Positions 20,180 through 28,481 of a stretch of DNA of 32,000 nt are shown here, in pieces (position 1 is the first letter of the stretch; the number at the start of each line of letters is the position of its first letter). Location of the stretch: the NCBI RefSeq assembly GCF_020885515.1, contig NZ_AP024987.1:840001-872000 (forward strand), written 5' to 3'. Under the pieces are notes generated by a model. It saw only the letters and a list, made by a program, of their open reading frames with translations. It did not search any database and had not been told where the DNA came from. The position numbers and the translations under genes are program-made. The stretch comes from a cyanobacterium endosymbiont of Braarudosphaera bigelowii (GTDB taxonomy: Bacteria; Cyanobacteriota; Cyanobacteriia; Cyanobacteriales; Microcystaceae).

Positions 20180-20986
20180 GTGGACTTGACTCAAATTTTT
20201 AACACAACAAACCCAATCATTGGCGTTGTTCATCTGTTGCCTCTACCCACATCAGCACGGTGGGGAGGTAGTTTAACTACAGTTATTGAACGAGCCGAAC
20301 AAGAAGCTACTGCTCTCGCAGCGGGAGGAGTACACGGTATTATTCTTGAGAATTTTTTTGATACTCCTTTTACAAAAAATAAAGTTGACCCAGCAGTCAT
20401 AAGTGCTATGACTCTAATTGTTGATCGCATTAAAAATTTGGTTGTCATTCCTGTAGGCATCAATTTATTGCGTAATGATTCTATTGGGGCTATGGCTATT
20501 GCTTCAACAATGGATGCTCAGTTTATCCGTGTTAATGCTTTGACAGGTATTATGACTACAGATCAAGGCTTTATCGAAGGTAATGCTCATCAATTATTAA
20601 GGTATAGAAAAGAATTAGGAGCAAATGTAATTATTTTGGCAGATGTTTTAGTTAAACATGCTCGTCCACTAGACACTATCAACTTAACAGATTCGGTAAA
20701 AGATACTGTAGAAAAAGGACTTGCAGACGGTATTATTTTATCAGGTTGGTCTGAAGATAGTCCTCCTAGTATTGATGATTTGAAACTAGCTGCTACAGTT
20801 GCCGAAGGAGTACCAATTTTCGTAGGTAGCGGAGCTAATTCGAACAATATTGGCAAGTTAATGAGCGTAGCGAATGGAGTTATCGTAGCAAGATCTTTAA
20901 AACGTCACGGAAAGATTGGTGATCCTATTGATCCAATTCGTGTCGCTCAATTTATTGAGGCAACCAAAAGAAATATTGGTTCTTAG
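20180..20986 (+). CDS. btpA: Photosystem I biogenesis protein BtpA
   Basis: GVVHLLPLPTSARWGGSL, GVHGIILENFFDTPF, NLLRNDSIGAMAIA, LADVLVKHA, GIILSGWSEDSPPS, VPIFVGSGAN. GTG start. Confidence 0.92.
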   Translation: MDLTQIFNTTNPIIGVVHLLPLPTSARWGGSLTTVIERAEQEATALAAGGVHGIILENFFDTPFTKNKVDPAVISAMTLIVDRIKNLVVIPVGINLLRNDSIGAMAIASTMDAQFIRVNALTGIMTTDQGFIEGNAHQLLRYRKELGANVIILADVLVKHARPLDTINLTDSVKDTVEKGLADGIILSGWSEDSPPSIDDLKLAATVAEGVPIFVGSGANSNNIGKLMSVANGVIVARSLKRHGKIGDPIDPIRVAQFIEATKRNIGS

Positions 20987-21074
20987 GAAAAACTAGATTA
21001 TAGTAGTTCCTAAAGTTAAGGTCATAGATACCTTTCTGAAACCCAGGATAATTATATTTTAGTAAAAAATCACT

Positions 21075-22055
21075 ATGATACATAAACGTTCTATTCCAGT
21101 AATATATCGTTGGTCACGATATATTATTGGTATGATTGCGATATCTGGTACGATCTTAACGGCTTATTTAACCATAACCAAACTGACTGGAACGACTGTA
21201 TACTGTGGCGTTAATGATGCTCAACTATTAGGAACAGGTTGCAAAAATGTTCTTAATAGCCGTTATGCTACAGTATTTAATTTACCTTTAAGTTTGTTTG
21301 GAACTTTAGCTTATACCAGTATGTCTGTTGCCTCTTTAGGCCCATTATTATTAAAGTCTGAAAAAAATAAAAATTTTATAAAAAAAATTGACGAATGGAC
21401 CTGGCAGTTTCTCCTAATAGGAGGAACTGCTATGGCAGTATTTAGTAGTTATTTGATTTATATTCTATCTACAGAATTATACTCAACTTGTTACTATTGC
21501 CTAGGTTCTTTTCTGTTATCCTTAGCTTTAATGATTTTCAGTATTCTAGGCAAAGAGTGGGAGGATATAGGTCAAACTTTATTCGTTTCTATTATTGTCA
21601 CGATAGTAACTCTAGTTGGAATTTTAGGAATATATACTGATACTGAAAAACCGTTAACTCATGGCCGTGTTGCTATTAAACAAGTAAAAACAGTACCCCA
21701 TCCTCCTAATGGATGGCCAATAACTTCTAGATCAGAGGAATCAGAAATTAAGTTAGCAGAGCATCTAACTTCTATTGGAGCTAAGATGTATGGCGCATTT
21801 TGGTGTCCTCATTGCCACGATCAAAAACAATTGTTTGGTTTAACAGCATTTCACAAAATTAATTACATTGAATGTGATCCTAGAGGTAAAAATCCTCAAC
21901 CTAATATTTGTATTTCTTCGAATATAAAATCTTATCCTTCATGGGAAATTAATGGGGAACAATTGTCAGGAGCTCAATCTCTTGAAGATTTAGCAAAAAG
22001 TTCTAATTATCAAGGTCTTACTGATTTTAAATACATAATTCCTGAGCACAAATAA
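21075..22055 (+). CDS. Vitamin K epoxide reductase (VKOR) family protein fused to a thioredoxin-like domain
   Basis: VKOR loop cysteines (YCGVNDAQLLGTGCKNVLNSRYATVFNLPLSLFG), CYYCLGS redox motif, C-terminal thioredoxin-like FWCPHCHDQKQLFG and YPSWEINGEQLSG. Confidence 0.92.
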   Translation: MIHKRSIPVIYRWSRYIIGMIAISGTILTAYLTITKLTGTTVYCGVNDAQLLGTGCKNVLNSRYATVFNLPLSLFGTLAYTSMSVASLGPLLLKSEKNKNFIKKIDEWTWQFLLIGGTAMAVFSSYLIYILSTELYSTCYYCLGSFLLSLALMIFSILGKEWEDIGQTLFVSIIVTIVTLVGILGIYTDTEKPLTHGRVAIKQVKTVPHPPNGWPITSRSEESEIKLAEHLTSIGAKMYGAFWCPHCHDQKQLFGLTAFHKINYIECDPRGKNPQPNICISSNIKSYPSWEINGEQLSGAQSLEDLAKSSNYQGLTDFKYIIPEHK

Positions 22056-22121
22056 ATACAAGTAAAAGCTGAGGAATAATAAATTTTACTTATTATTCCT
22101 CAGCTTTTACTTGTATTTATT
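22050..22121. terminator. Exceptionally long hairpin, probable bidirectional terminator between convergent VKOR and holA genes
   Basis: AAATAAATACAAGTAAAAGCTGAGGAATAATAA (22050-22082) and TTATTATTCCTCAGCTTTTACTTGTATTTATTT (22089-22121) form a perfect 33-bp stem with a 6-nt loop (ATTTAC). Confidence 0.8.
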
Positions 22122-22177
22122 TCTAAGAATTGAAATAAGGTAAATAAGAAATAAAGAACTAGATTTTTAAATAAAAT

Positions 22178-23158
22178 CTAGGAAAATAAAAGGCATAATT
22201 CTAATATTTTATTTTTCAATATCTGCTCTGGATCACATCCTTTTTTCAAGTTATTTTCTAAGTCTAATAAGATAGGAAAAGTTTTCAGCAAATCTCTACT
22301 CTCAATATGTTTGATCTCTTTTTTTAAAAAAAACAAACGATTAGGATTTGATATTTCAGCAGCTTTGGCTATTATTTTATGATCATCTTCTCCTATCTCA
22401 AGTTTCAATTTAACAATCACCCAAGTTCTAAATTGTCCTATTAAAGTTGTTACTATTTTTAGGGGAGGCTCATTATATGATAATAAATTTATAGTTATTT
22501 TTAATGCTTTTTCTTTATTACCCTCAGATATTGCTCTAGCCAACTGTAAGCTACTATAAGTATTAATATTGACTATGGAAGAAACTATATCTTCCTCTAT
22601 AGGCTTGCCTTTATCATAATTATAGAGACTTAATTTTTCTAATTCATTCCATAATAATCTAGTATTATTACCTATTGATTCTACTAATAGATCTAATGCT
22701 GATGGAGATAAATTAACACCTATTTCTTTAGAAAATTCTTGAGCTTTTGCAGTCAATTCATCTATTTTCCAAGAGGGAATTAAAGTAAACTCACGTATAT
22801 CTGCATATTTTTCAAAAATTTTTGTTGACTTTAATTTCCTATTTGGTTTTTTACTAGACGTCAACAGAAGATTAGAATTATTAGGAATAGCTGGTATGAG
22901 ACGTTCAATTTCAGAAATAATATCATCTGAACATTGTTGAAAAATAGAAGATTCTTCAAGCCATATAAATTTTTCTCCTATACCAAAAGCAGGAGTCATA
23001 ACTTCATTAATAGCTTCTAATATGCTGTAAATATTTTCTTCACGTATTTTATTGTAATTAAAGTGTATCCAATCAGGATTGATGACTTTCTTTTTTAGTT
23101 TTTGAATAGTTTGATTAATTCTAAAATTATCTTCACCCCAAAAAAAATAAATTCCCAT
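22178..23158 (-). CDS. holA: DNA polymerase III subunit delta
   Basis: Begins MGIYFFWGEDNFRINQTIQKLKKKV; LLTSSKKPNRKLKSTKIFEKYADIREF; LNPSALDLLVESIGNNTRLLWNELEKLSLY; C-terminal LLRTFPILLDLENNLKKG-type clamp-loader segment. Confidence 0.88.
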   Translation of the reverse strand: MGIYFFWGEDNFRINQTIQKLKKKVINPDWIHFNYNKIREENIYSILEAINEVMTPAFGIGEKFIWLEESSIFQQCSDDIISEIERLIPAIPNNSNLLLTSSKKPNRKLKSTKIFEKYADIREFTLIPSWKIDELTAKAQEFSKEIGVNLSPSALDLLVESIGNNTRLLWNELEKLSLYNYDKGKPIEEDIVSSIVNINTYSSLQLARAISEGNKEKALKITINLLSYNEPPLKIVTTLIGQFRTWVIVKLKLEIGEDDHKIIAKAAEISNPNRLFFLKKEIKHIESRDLLKTFPILLDLENNLKKGCDPEQILKNKILELCLLFS

Positions 23159-23410
23159 ACTGAAATGTTAAGATTATTTTATAGACTCTAATATCATAGC
23201 TTTGATACTTAGCCTATATTAGGGCTAATTTATTTTGTATTAGTTTTTATCTTATTATTATAAGAATATCAAGTTTAAGAAGGTATTTTCTAATTTTTTC
23301 TTGGAAAATTAAATAATCCTTTGCAAAACTTTTAGAAAGTCATGCTACAAATTGCACTAAACATATTTTCTAGTAAAGTAAAGTAAATTAACATTTTTTA
23401 ATCTCATTAT

Positions 23411-23992
23411 ATGGTTGTAGAAAAATACTTGTTATTATCAACGTATAACTTAGGAATAGCTTTTTCTGTGGATAATATTTTTTCCACTCAAGGAATTATA
23501 GTTATGTTATTAGTAGCTTATGGCTTTTCTATGTGGGCTTTTCTTACTAATGCACCTAAAGTTTATACAGTCATGGTATCCGATATTAAAATTGCACAAA
23601 AGTTTTATGAGGGTTTATTAAAATTAAGTGCAGCAGATATTCCATTACATTATTACTATACACCTGAAGAAAATCTAGGTACACTGGCAACAGCAGATCC
23701 TCTATATATGTCGATGAACTATACAAGCATGAGTGGTCTTAATCCAAATAGAACATATGGACTATGGTATCAACTCAAAAAGAACACTCAACTTCATATA
23801 ATAAGTGGAGCGAGTTACGGACATAATAATCGTCAACGCCATATATGTTTTGATAATCGTTGCTTAGAAACTATTCTACTTAAGGTTCAAGCAAAAAGAT
23901 TAAGATATAAAGTACGCTGTAAACAACCTCTTAATTTTTTAGTCAAGGATATTGATGAAAGAATTATTGAAATGTTAGAAATAAAAAACTAG
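23411..23992 (+). CDS. Membrane-anchored glyoxalase-like domain protein
   Basis: N-terminal TM segment (GIIVMLLVAYGFSMWAFLT) then a vicinal-oxygen-chelate-like fold signature (PKVYTVMVSDIKIAQKFYEGLLKL ... ISGASYGHNNRQRHICFD). Confidence 0.6.
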   Translation: MVVEKYLLLSTYNLGIAFSVDNIFSTQGIIVMLLVAYGFSMWAFLTNAPKVYTVMVSDIKIAQKFYEGLLKLSAADIPLHYYYTPEENLGTLATADPLYMSMNYTSMSGLNPNRTYGLWYQLKKNTQLHIISGASYGHNNRQRHICFDNRCLETILLKVQAKRLRYKVRCKQPLNFLVKDIDERIIEMLEIKN

Positions 23993-24033
23993 TTACCATA
24001 AAAAAAGTATTTTTTAAAACAAATTATATTGTT

Positions 24034-24816
24034 TTAAGGAATAATCTTTACGCGCTTAGTAATCATTGTAATGCCATCGTTCCTGACAAGAATAGATGAT
24101 AACCACTGATCTTGAGGCTTATCTTGTGGAGGTATTCTTTTAAACAGTCCTCCAGACTTTAATAATTTTAATGGTATTTTAGGGGGATTTAGATAGTTAT
24201 CAATATTAATTTCTTCAGAAATTGCCATTCCAGCTAAGAGATTATCCTCTAAAGGTTCACTTAGGATAACATCAAAGTCAAATGTTTCCCCGACCTTTAC
24301 AGTCAGAGGTAAATTAACAATAACTTTTGGTGGTCTCTCCCCAGAAGTTAGTTTTGTCGTTTCGCTTAATATTTCTTGTTTAATTATCTGATTTCCTTGA
24401 AAAGACTGATAGGATTTTACTGTTGATTCTAATTTAATTTCCCTTCCGTTACTTATTCTATTTCCTGTAACTGTAGTCAAAATTTTGACAAACAAATTTT
24501 TGCCTTTCTGTTCCCAGGATAATATTTCTGTCCGATATTTTAAGTTAGGATAATCTGTCCAAAATTTATTGACTCCTTCAGTAAGTTTTTTTAGGGTCAG
24601 TCCATCAGTTGTCCTATACTGGCTACTATAAAATGATTTTATACGTTCTAAATCTCTTAAATTAGCTGCATCATCAACTTGTCTAATAACTTTCTGAAGT
24701 TCCACCGGGATATCACTAGGATTTTCTGCATTAACTGGTATATATTTGCTTAAGCTTAATCCACAACCAAGTATGATAGTAAGGAACCAACGTTGATAAA
24801 TCATACGTTTATTCAT
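24034..24816 (-). CDS. Exported protein with NTF2-like N-terminal region, function unknown
   Basis: Signal peptide-like N-terminus; VIRQVDDAANLRDLERIKSFYSSQYRTTDGLTLKKLTEGVNKFW resembles the SnoaL/NTF2-like start. Full-length ORF without internal stops. Confidence 0.6.
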   Translation of the reverse strand: MNKRMIYQRWFLTIILGCGLSLSKYIPVNAENPSDIPVELQKVIRQVDDAANLRDLERIKSFYSSQYRTTDGLTLKKLTEGVNKFWTDYPNLKYRTEILSWEQKGKNLFVKILTTVTGNRISNGREIKLESTVKSYQSFQGNQIIKQEILSETTKLTSGERPPKVIVNLPLTVKVGETFDFDVILSEPLEDNLLAGMAISEEINIDNYLNPPKIPLKLLKSGGLFKRIPPQDKPQDQWLSSILVRNDGITMITKRVKIIP

Positions 24817-24877
24817 GTTAAGGTATTCCGATTAATAGTACAGAATCCAAACTAATTATAGCGAACTTTTTATCTTT

Positions 24878-25930
24878 ATGATACGTTTACTCATAGCTGC
24901 AAGTGGTACCGGAGGTCATGTTTTTCCTGCTTTAGCAGTGGCAAAGCGATTACCTTATTGTGATATTCACTGGCTAGGTACTCCAAACCGCCTAGAACAA
25001 CGCCTAGTAGATGATATATACCCTTTATACACAGTACCTGTTGAGGGATTTCAAACTAGTTCTATTATTAAAAATATACAGATTTTATTTAAATTACTCA
25101 AGTCAGTCTTTTGGATTAAAGAACTACTTAAGAAAAAAAAGATCGATATTGTTTTTACTACTGGAGGATATATTTCCGGTGCTGTTACTCTAGCTGCTTA
25201 CATATCTGGAATTCCTGTCATACTACACGAATCTAACTATATTCCTGGGAAAACAACAAGATTACTAAGTTACTTTTGCAAGATGACAGCGCTAGGATTC
25301 AAGGAAACAGCAAAATATTTACCATGGGTTTCTACTATTTGGTTAGGTACCCCCATTAGGGAACAATTTTATACTTCTCAAAATTTAGATTTAAATATTC
25401 CAGCAAAAGCAATTCTAATAGTTATTATCGGTGGATCTCAAGGAGCAGTTTCAATTAATGATTTAGTACGTGAATGTGTCTTGGATTGGATCAAACTAGG
25501 TGCATATGTTGTCCACCTAACAGGAAATAATGATTCTAAAGCTAATACTATTAATCATCCTCAATATATTTCATTAACTTTTTATGATAATATGGCCGCA
25601 CTCTTACAAAGAGCAGATTTAGCAATTAGTCGTGCTGGTTCAGGAACATTAGCAGAGTTAGCTATTACCAAGACGCCTGCCATTTTAATTCCTTATCCTT
25701 TTGCTGCAGAAAATCATCAATTTTATAATGCAAAGTTTTTTGTTGATGCACAAGCTGCATATTGCTATCAACAAAAAAAGTTGACAAAAGATACATTAAC
25801 AAAAGACGTACTAGACTTAATAGAAGATTCAACAAAGTTAAAAAAAATGGCATATGAAATGTCAAAATTAATAACTAAAGATAGTGCGCAAAAGTTAGCA
25901 GAATTACTAGGTAATAACTTAAAAAGTTAG
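24878..25930 (+). CDS. murG: UDP-N-acetylglucosamine--N-acetylmuramyl-(pentapeptide) pyrophosphoryl-undecaprenol N-acetylglucosamine transferase
   Basis: IAASGTGGHVFPALAVAKRL, FTTGGYISGAVTLAAYISGIPVILHESN, IIGGSQGAVSIND, SRAGSGTLAELAITKTPAILIPYPFAAENHQFYNA. Confidence 0.95.
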   Translation: MIRLLIAASGTGGHVFPALAVAKRLPYCDIHWLGTPNRLEQRLVDDIYPLYTVPVEGFQTSSIIKNIQILFKLLKSVFWIKELLKKKKIDIVFTTGGYISGAVTLAAYISGIPVILHESNYIPGKTTRLLSYFCKMTALGFKETAKYLPWVSTIWLGTPIREQFYTSQNLDLNIPAKAILIVIIGGSQGAVSINDLVRECVLDWIKLGAYVVHLTGNNDSKANTINHPQYISLTFYDNMAALLQRADLAISRAGSGTLAELAITKTPAILIPYPFAAENHQFYNAKFFVDAQAAYCYQQKKLTKDTLTKDVLDLIEDSTKLKKMAYEMSKLITKDSAQKLAELLGNNLKS

Positions 25931-26251
25931 TTGCTACGTGTTTTTTATAGGTTTTTAATACAAAAAGACCTTACAAGGTGTTAATGTTCTAAAATAAAAG
26001 TATTGTTAATAAAAAATACAGCTTAAATATCAATCTATTATACTATTCTCAAGTTTTGGTCAGACAGGAAAAAATGTTATGTAAATTTTCATCGTAATGC
26101 AATTGTTTATATTTATAATTAAGAAATATTGCGGAAAAAAAAAAAATAAGTCATAATTACTAATATAACACCTACGCATGTAAGACCTTAACATTCTTTT
26201 TAATCAAGACTATTCCTATTATTTTTGTTTTAGAGGCATTAGTAAAAATTT

Positions 26252-27934
26252 GTGACTTGGCAAACAGCAAAATTACATAATTTAAATTCAGAGATTAGAA
26301 GACAAAAAAAATATGATGCTAATGAGATTGCACTATATTATAGCAGCCGTCCTTGGCAGGTAGTTAAGAGAGCAATTTCTATAGTATGGTCTTTTGGTTG
26401 GTTTTTTATTCACATTCAATGGGATAGATTTAATAACAGAAGAGATAGTAAAAAAAGACGTTCCATTGAATTAAGACAAATCCTTACTAATCTGGGTCCA
26501 ACATTTATTAAAGTAGGTCAAGCTTTATCTACTCGACCAGACTTAATTCATCCAGAATTTTTAGATGAATTAGTGAAGCTTCAAGATCAACTACCTTCTT
26601 TTGACAATAAAATAGCTTTTTCAATCATAGAAAATTCGTTAAAAATTAAGATTGATAAAGCCTATAGAGAAATTTCACCGAATCCTGTTGCAGCAGCAAG
26701 TTTAGGACAGGTGTATAGAGCTATTTTATATACAGGAGAAGAAGTAGCAGTGAAGGTTCAAAGAGCTAATCTGGAATCTGTACTAACTTGCGACCTTTTC
26801 CTAATGCGTTGGGTGGCTTCTAAATTATCTAGATTTTTACCTCTTAATTTAGAGCATGATTTGACGCTGATTGTTGATGAATTTGGAAGTAAACTTCTTG
26901 AAGAGATAGATTATATTAACGAAGGAAAAAATGCCGAAAAATTTGCATATAATTTTCAAAATGATGCTGATGTAAAAGTTCCTAAAATTTATTGGGATTT
27001 TAGTAGTGATCGAATACTGACTCTTGAATGGATTCAAGGATATAAATTAACGAATACTGAACAAATAAAAAATGCAGGTTTAGATCCATACTCTATTATA
27101 AAAATTGGAGTAATATCAGGTTTAAAACAGTTACTAGAACATGGTTTTTTTCACGCAGATCCACATCCTGGAAATTTATTTGCCACTCATGACGGTCGTA
27201 TGGCATTTATCGATTTTGGGATGATGGATCAGTTAGATAGTATTACAAAAGAAATTATTGCTAACTCAGTTGTTCAACTTATAAATCAAGATTATGATGC
27301 CCTAGCTCAAGATTTTGTTAAGCTTGGATTTTTAACTCCAGATACAGATATTAAACCAATAATACCTGCACTTGAGAAAATTTTAGGTAATGCTATTACA
27401 AAAAATGTTAACGATTTTAATTTTAAAACAATTACTGATGATTTTTCAAAATTAGTTCATAAATACCCTTTTCGTCTTCCAGCTAAGTTTGCTCTTATAA
27501 TTAGATCGTTAATTACGCAAGAAGGATTAGCTTTAAGCCTAGATCCAAGTTTTAAACTTGTTGAGATTGCTTACCCATATATAGCTAAGCAGCTTTTAAC
27601 AGGGGAAACTTCTCAATTAAGACGTAGACTGTCAGAAATTTTAATAAAAGATAATAAATTTCAATGGAGCAGGTTAGAAAATATGCTTACTATAGCTTCT
27701 TCTGAGGAGAGTTTTAACTTATTACCAACTGCACAATTAAGTTTACAATATTTATTTTCAGACGAAGGACAATATTTAAGACATAAATTATTGTTAGCTT
27801 TAACAGAAAATGATAAATTACACATTGAAGAAATTCAAAAAATTTGGAAGGTTATAAGTAATGAACTACATCCACAACAATTATTAACAATTTTGATTAA
27901 TATATTACAAAAAACTATAACAGTGAAAATATAA
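26252..27934 (+). CDS. AarF/ABC1/UbiB kinase family protein
   Basis: LGPTFIKVGQALSTRPDLIHPEFLDELVKLQDQLPSF, ASLGQVYRAILYTGEEVAVKVQR, HGFFHADPHPGNLFATHDGRMAFIDFGMM. GTG start. Confidence 0.94.
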   Translation: MTWQTAKLHNLNSEIRRQKKYDANEIALYYSSRPWQVVKRAISIVWSFGWFFIHIQWDRFNNRRDSKKRRSIELRQILTNLGPTFIKVGQALSTRPDLIHPEFLDELVKLQDQLPSFDNKIAFSIIENSLKIKIDKAYREISPNPVAAASLGQVYRAILYTGEEVAVKVQRANLESVLTCDLFLMRWVASKLSRFLPLNLEHDLTLIVDEFGSKLLEEIDYINEGKNAEKFAYNFQNDADVKVPKIYWDFSSDRILTLEWIQGYKLTNTEQIKNAGLDPYSIIKIGVISGLKQLLEHGFFHADPHPGNLFATHDGRMAFIDFGMMDQLDSITKEIIANSVVQLINQDYDALAQDFVKLGFLTPDTDIKPIIPALEKILGNAITKNVNDFNFKTITDDFSKLVHKYPFRLPAKFALIIRSLITQEGLALSLDPSFKLVEIAYPYIAKQLLTGETSQLRRRLSEILIKDNKFQWSRLENMLTIASSEESFNLLPTAQLSLQYLFSDEGQYLRHKLLLALTENDKLHIEEIQKIWKVISNELHPQQLLTILINILQKTITVKI

Positions 27935-28282
27935 TCCATTTCACGAAGCATATTTTCACTGGCTAAATCTATACTTTTTTTAAACAGTAAAAATATTAGT
28001 TATAGTATGCTTAAATTACTAATATAGATTATAGATTTCTATTATCTTTTCCCTTAAATCACTGTTAAAAGGTTTATTGGTCAAAGATATTTTATGTAAA
28101 ACTATATTTAGTATTAGTAAGAAATTAAATACTTATAATTAATATATCTATAGTTAATAAATATATTAGTTCCTTCTAAAGTGGTATTGTTGAAAATACT
28201 ACAAATGAAAATCTTGCTAAAATGCTATATGGAACTAATTTTAGAATATTTAACCTAGCTCTATAGCTGGAGAGAATCAATA

Positions 28283-28447
28283 ATGAATAAAAGTAAAATA
28301 TTAGCTATTGTTACTGGATTAATTTCTATCTTATTAGCGACAGTCTACCTTATTATTGTCCAATTGCTAGATTTTCGAGGAGAAATGATTCCAGCTCCAA
28401 TAATTGAAACTATTTTAGTCTTTCTAAACTCACAAAATTATTGTTAA
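28283..28447 (+). CDS. 54-aa small membrane protein ORF, absent from the supplied ORF track
   Basis: ATG at 28283, purine-rich GGAGAG upstream, TAA at 28445-28447. Translation MNKSKILAIVTGLISILLATVYLIIVQLLDFRGEMIPAPIIETILVFLNSQNYC has a clear TM helix. Confidence 0.6.
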   Translation: MNKSKILAIVTGLISILLATVYLIIVQLLDFRGEMIPAPIIETILVFLNSQNYC

Positions 28448-28481
28448 TAAAAAATAAATCTTTGATCATTAGGCAAATATA

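Noticed and set aside
20230-20856. Two minus-strand ORFs (77 and 88 aa) antisense to btpA
   Set aside because: Shadow ORFs of a conserved coding region; neither has a recognisable domain or independent signals.
24014-24037. 9-bp stem (TTAAAACAA / TTGTTTTAA) in the 41-nt gap between the convergent glyoxalase-like and NTF2-like genes
   Set aside because: Short and almost entirely A/T; expected by chance in sequence of this composition, so not called as a terminator.
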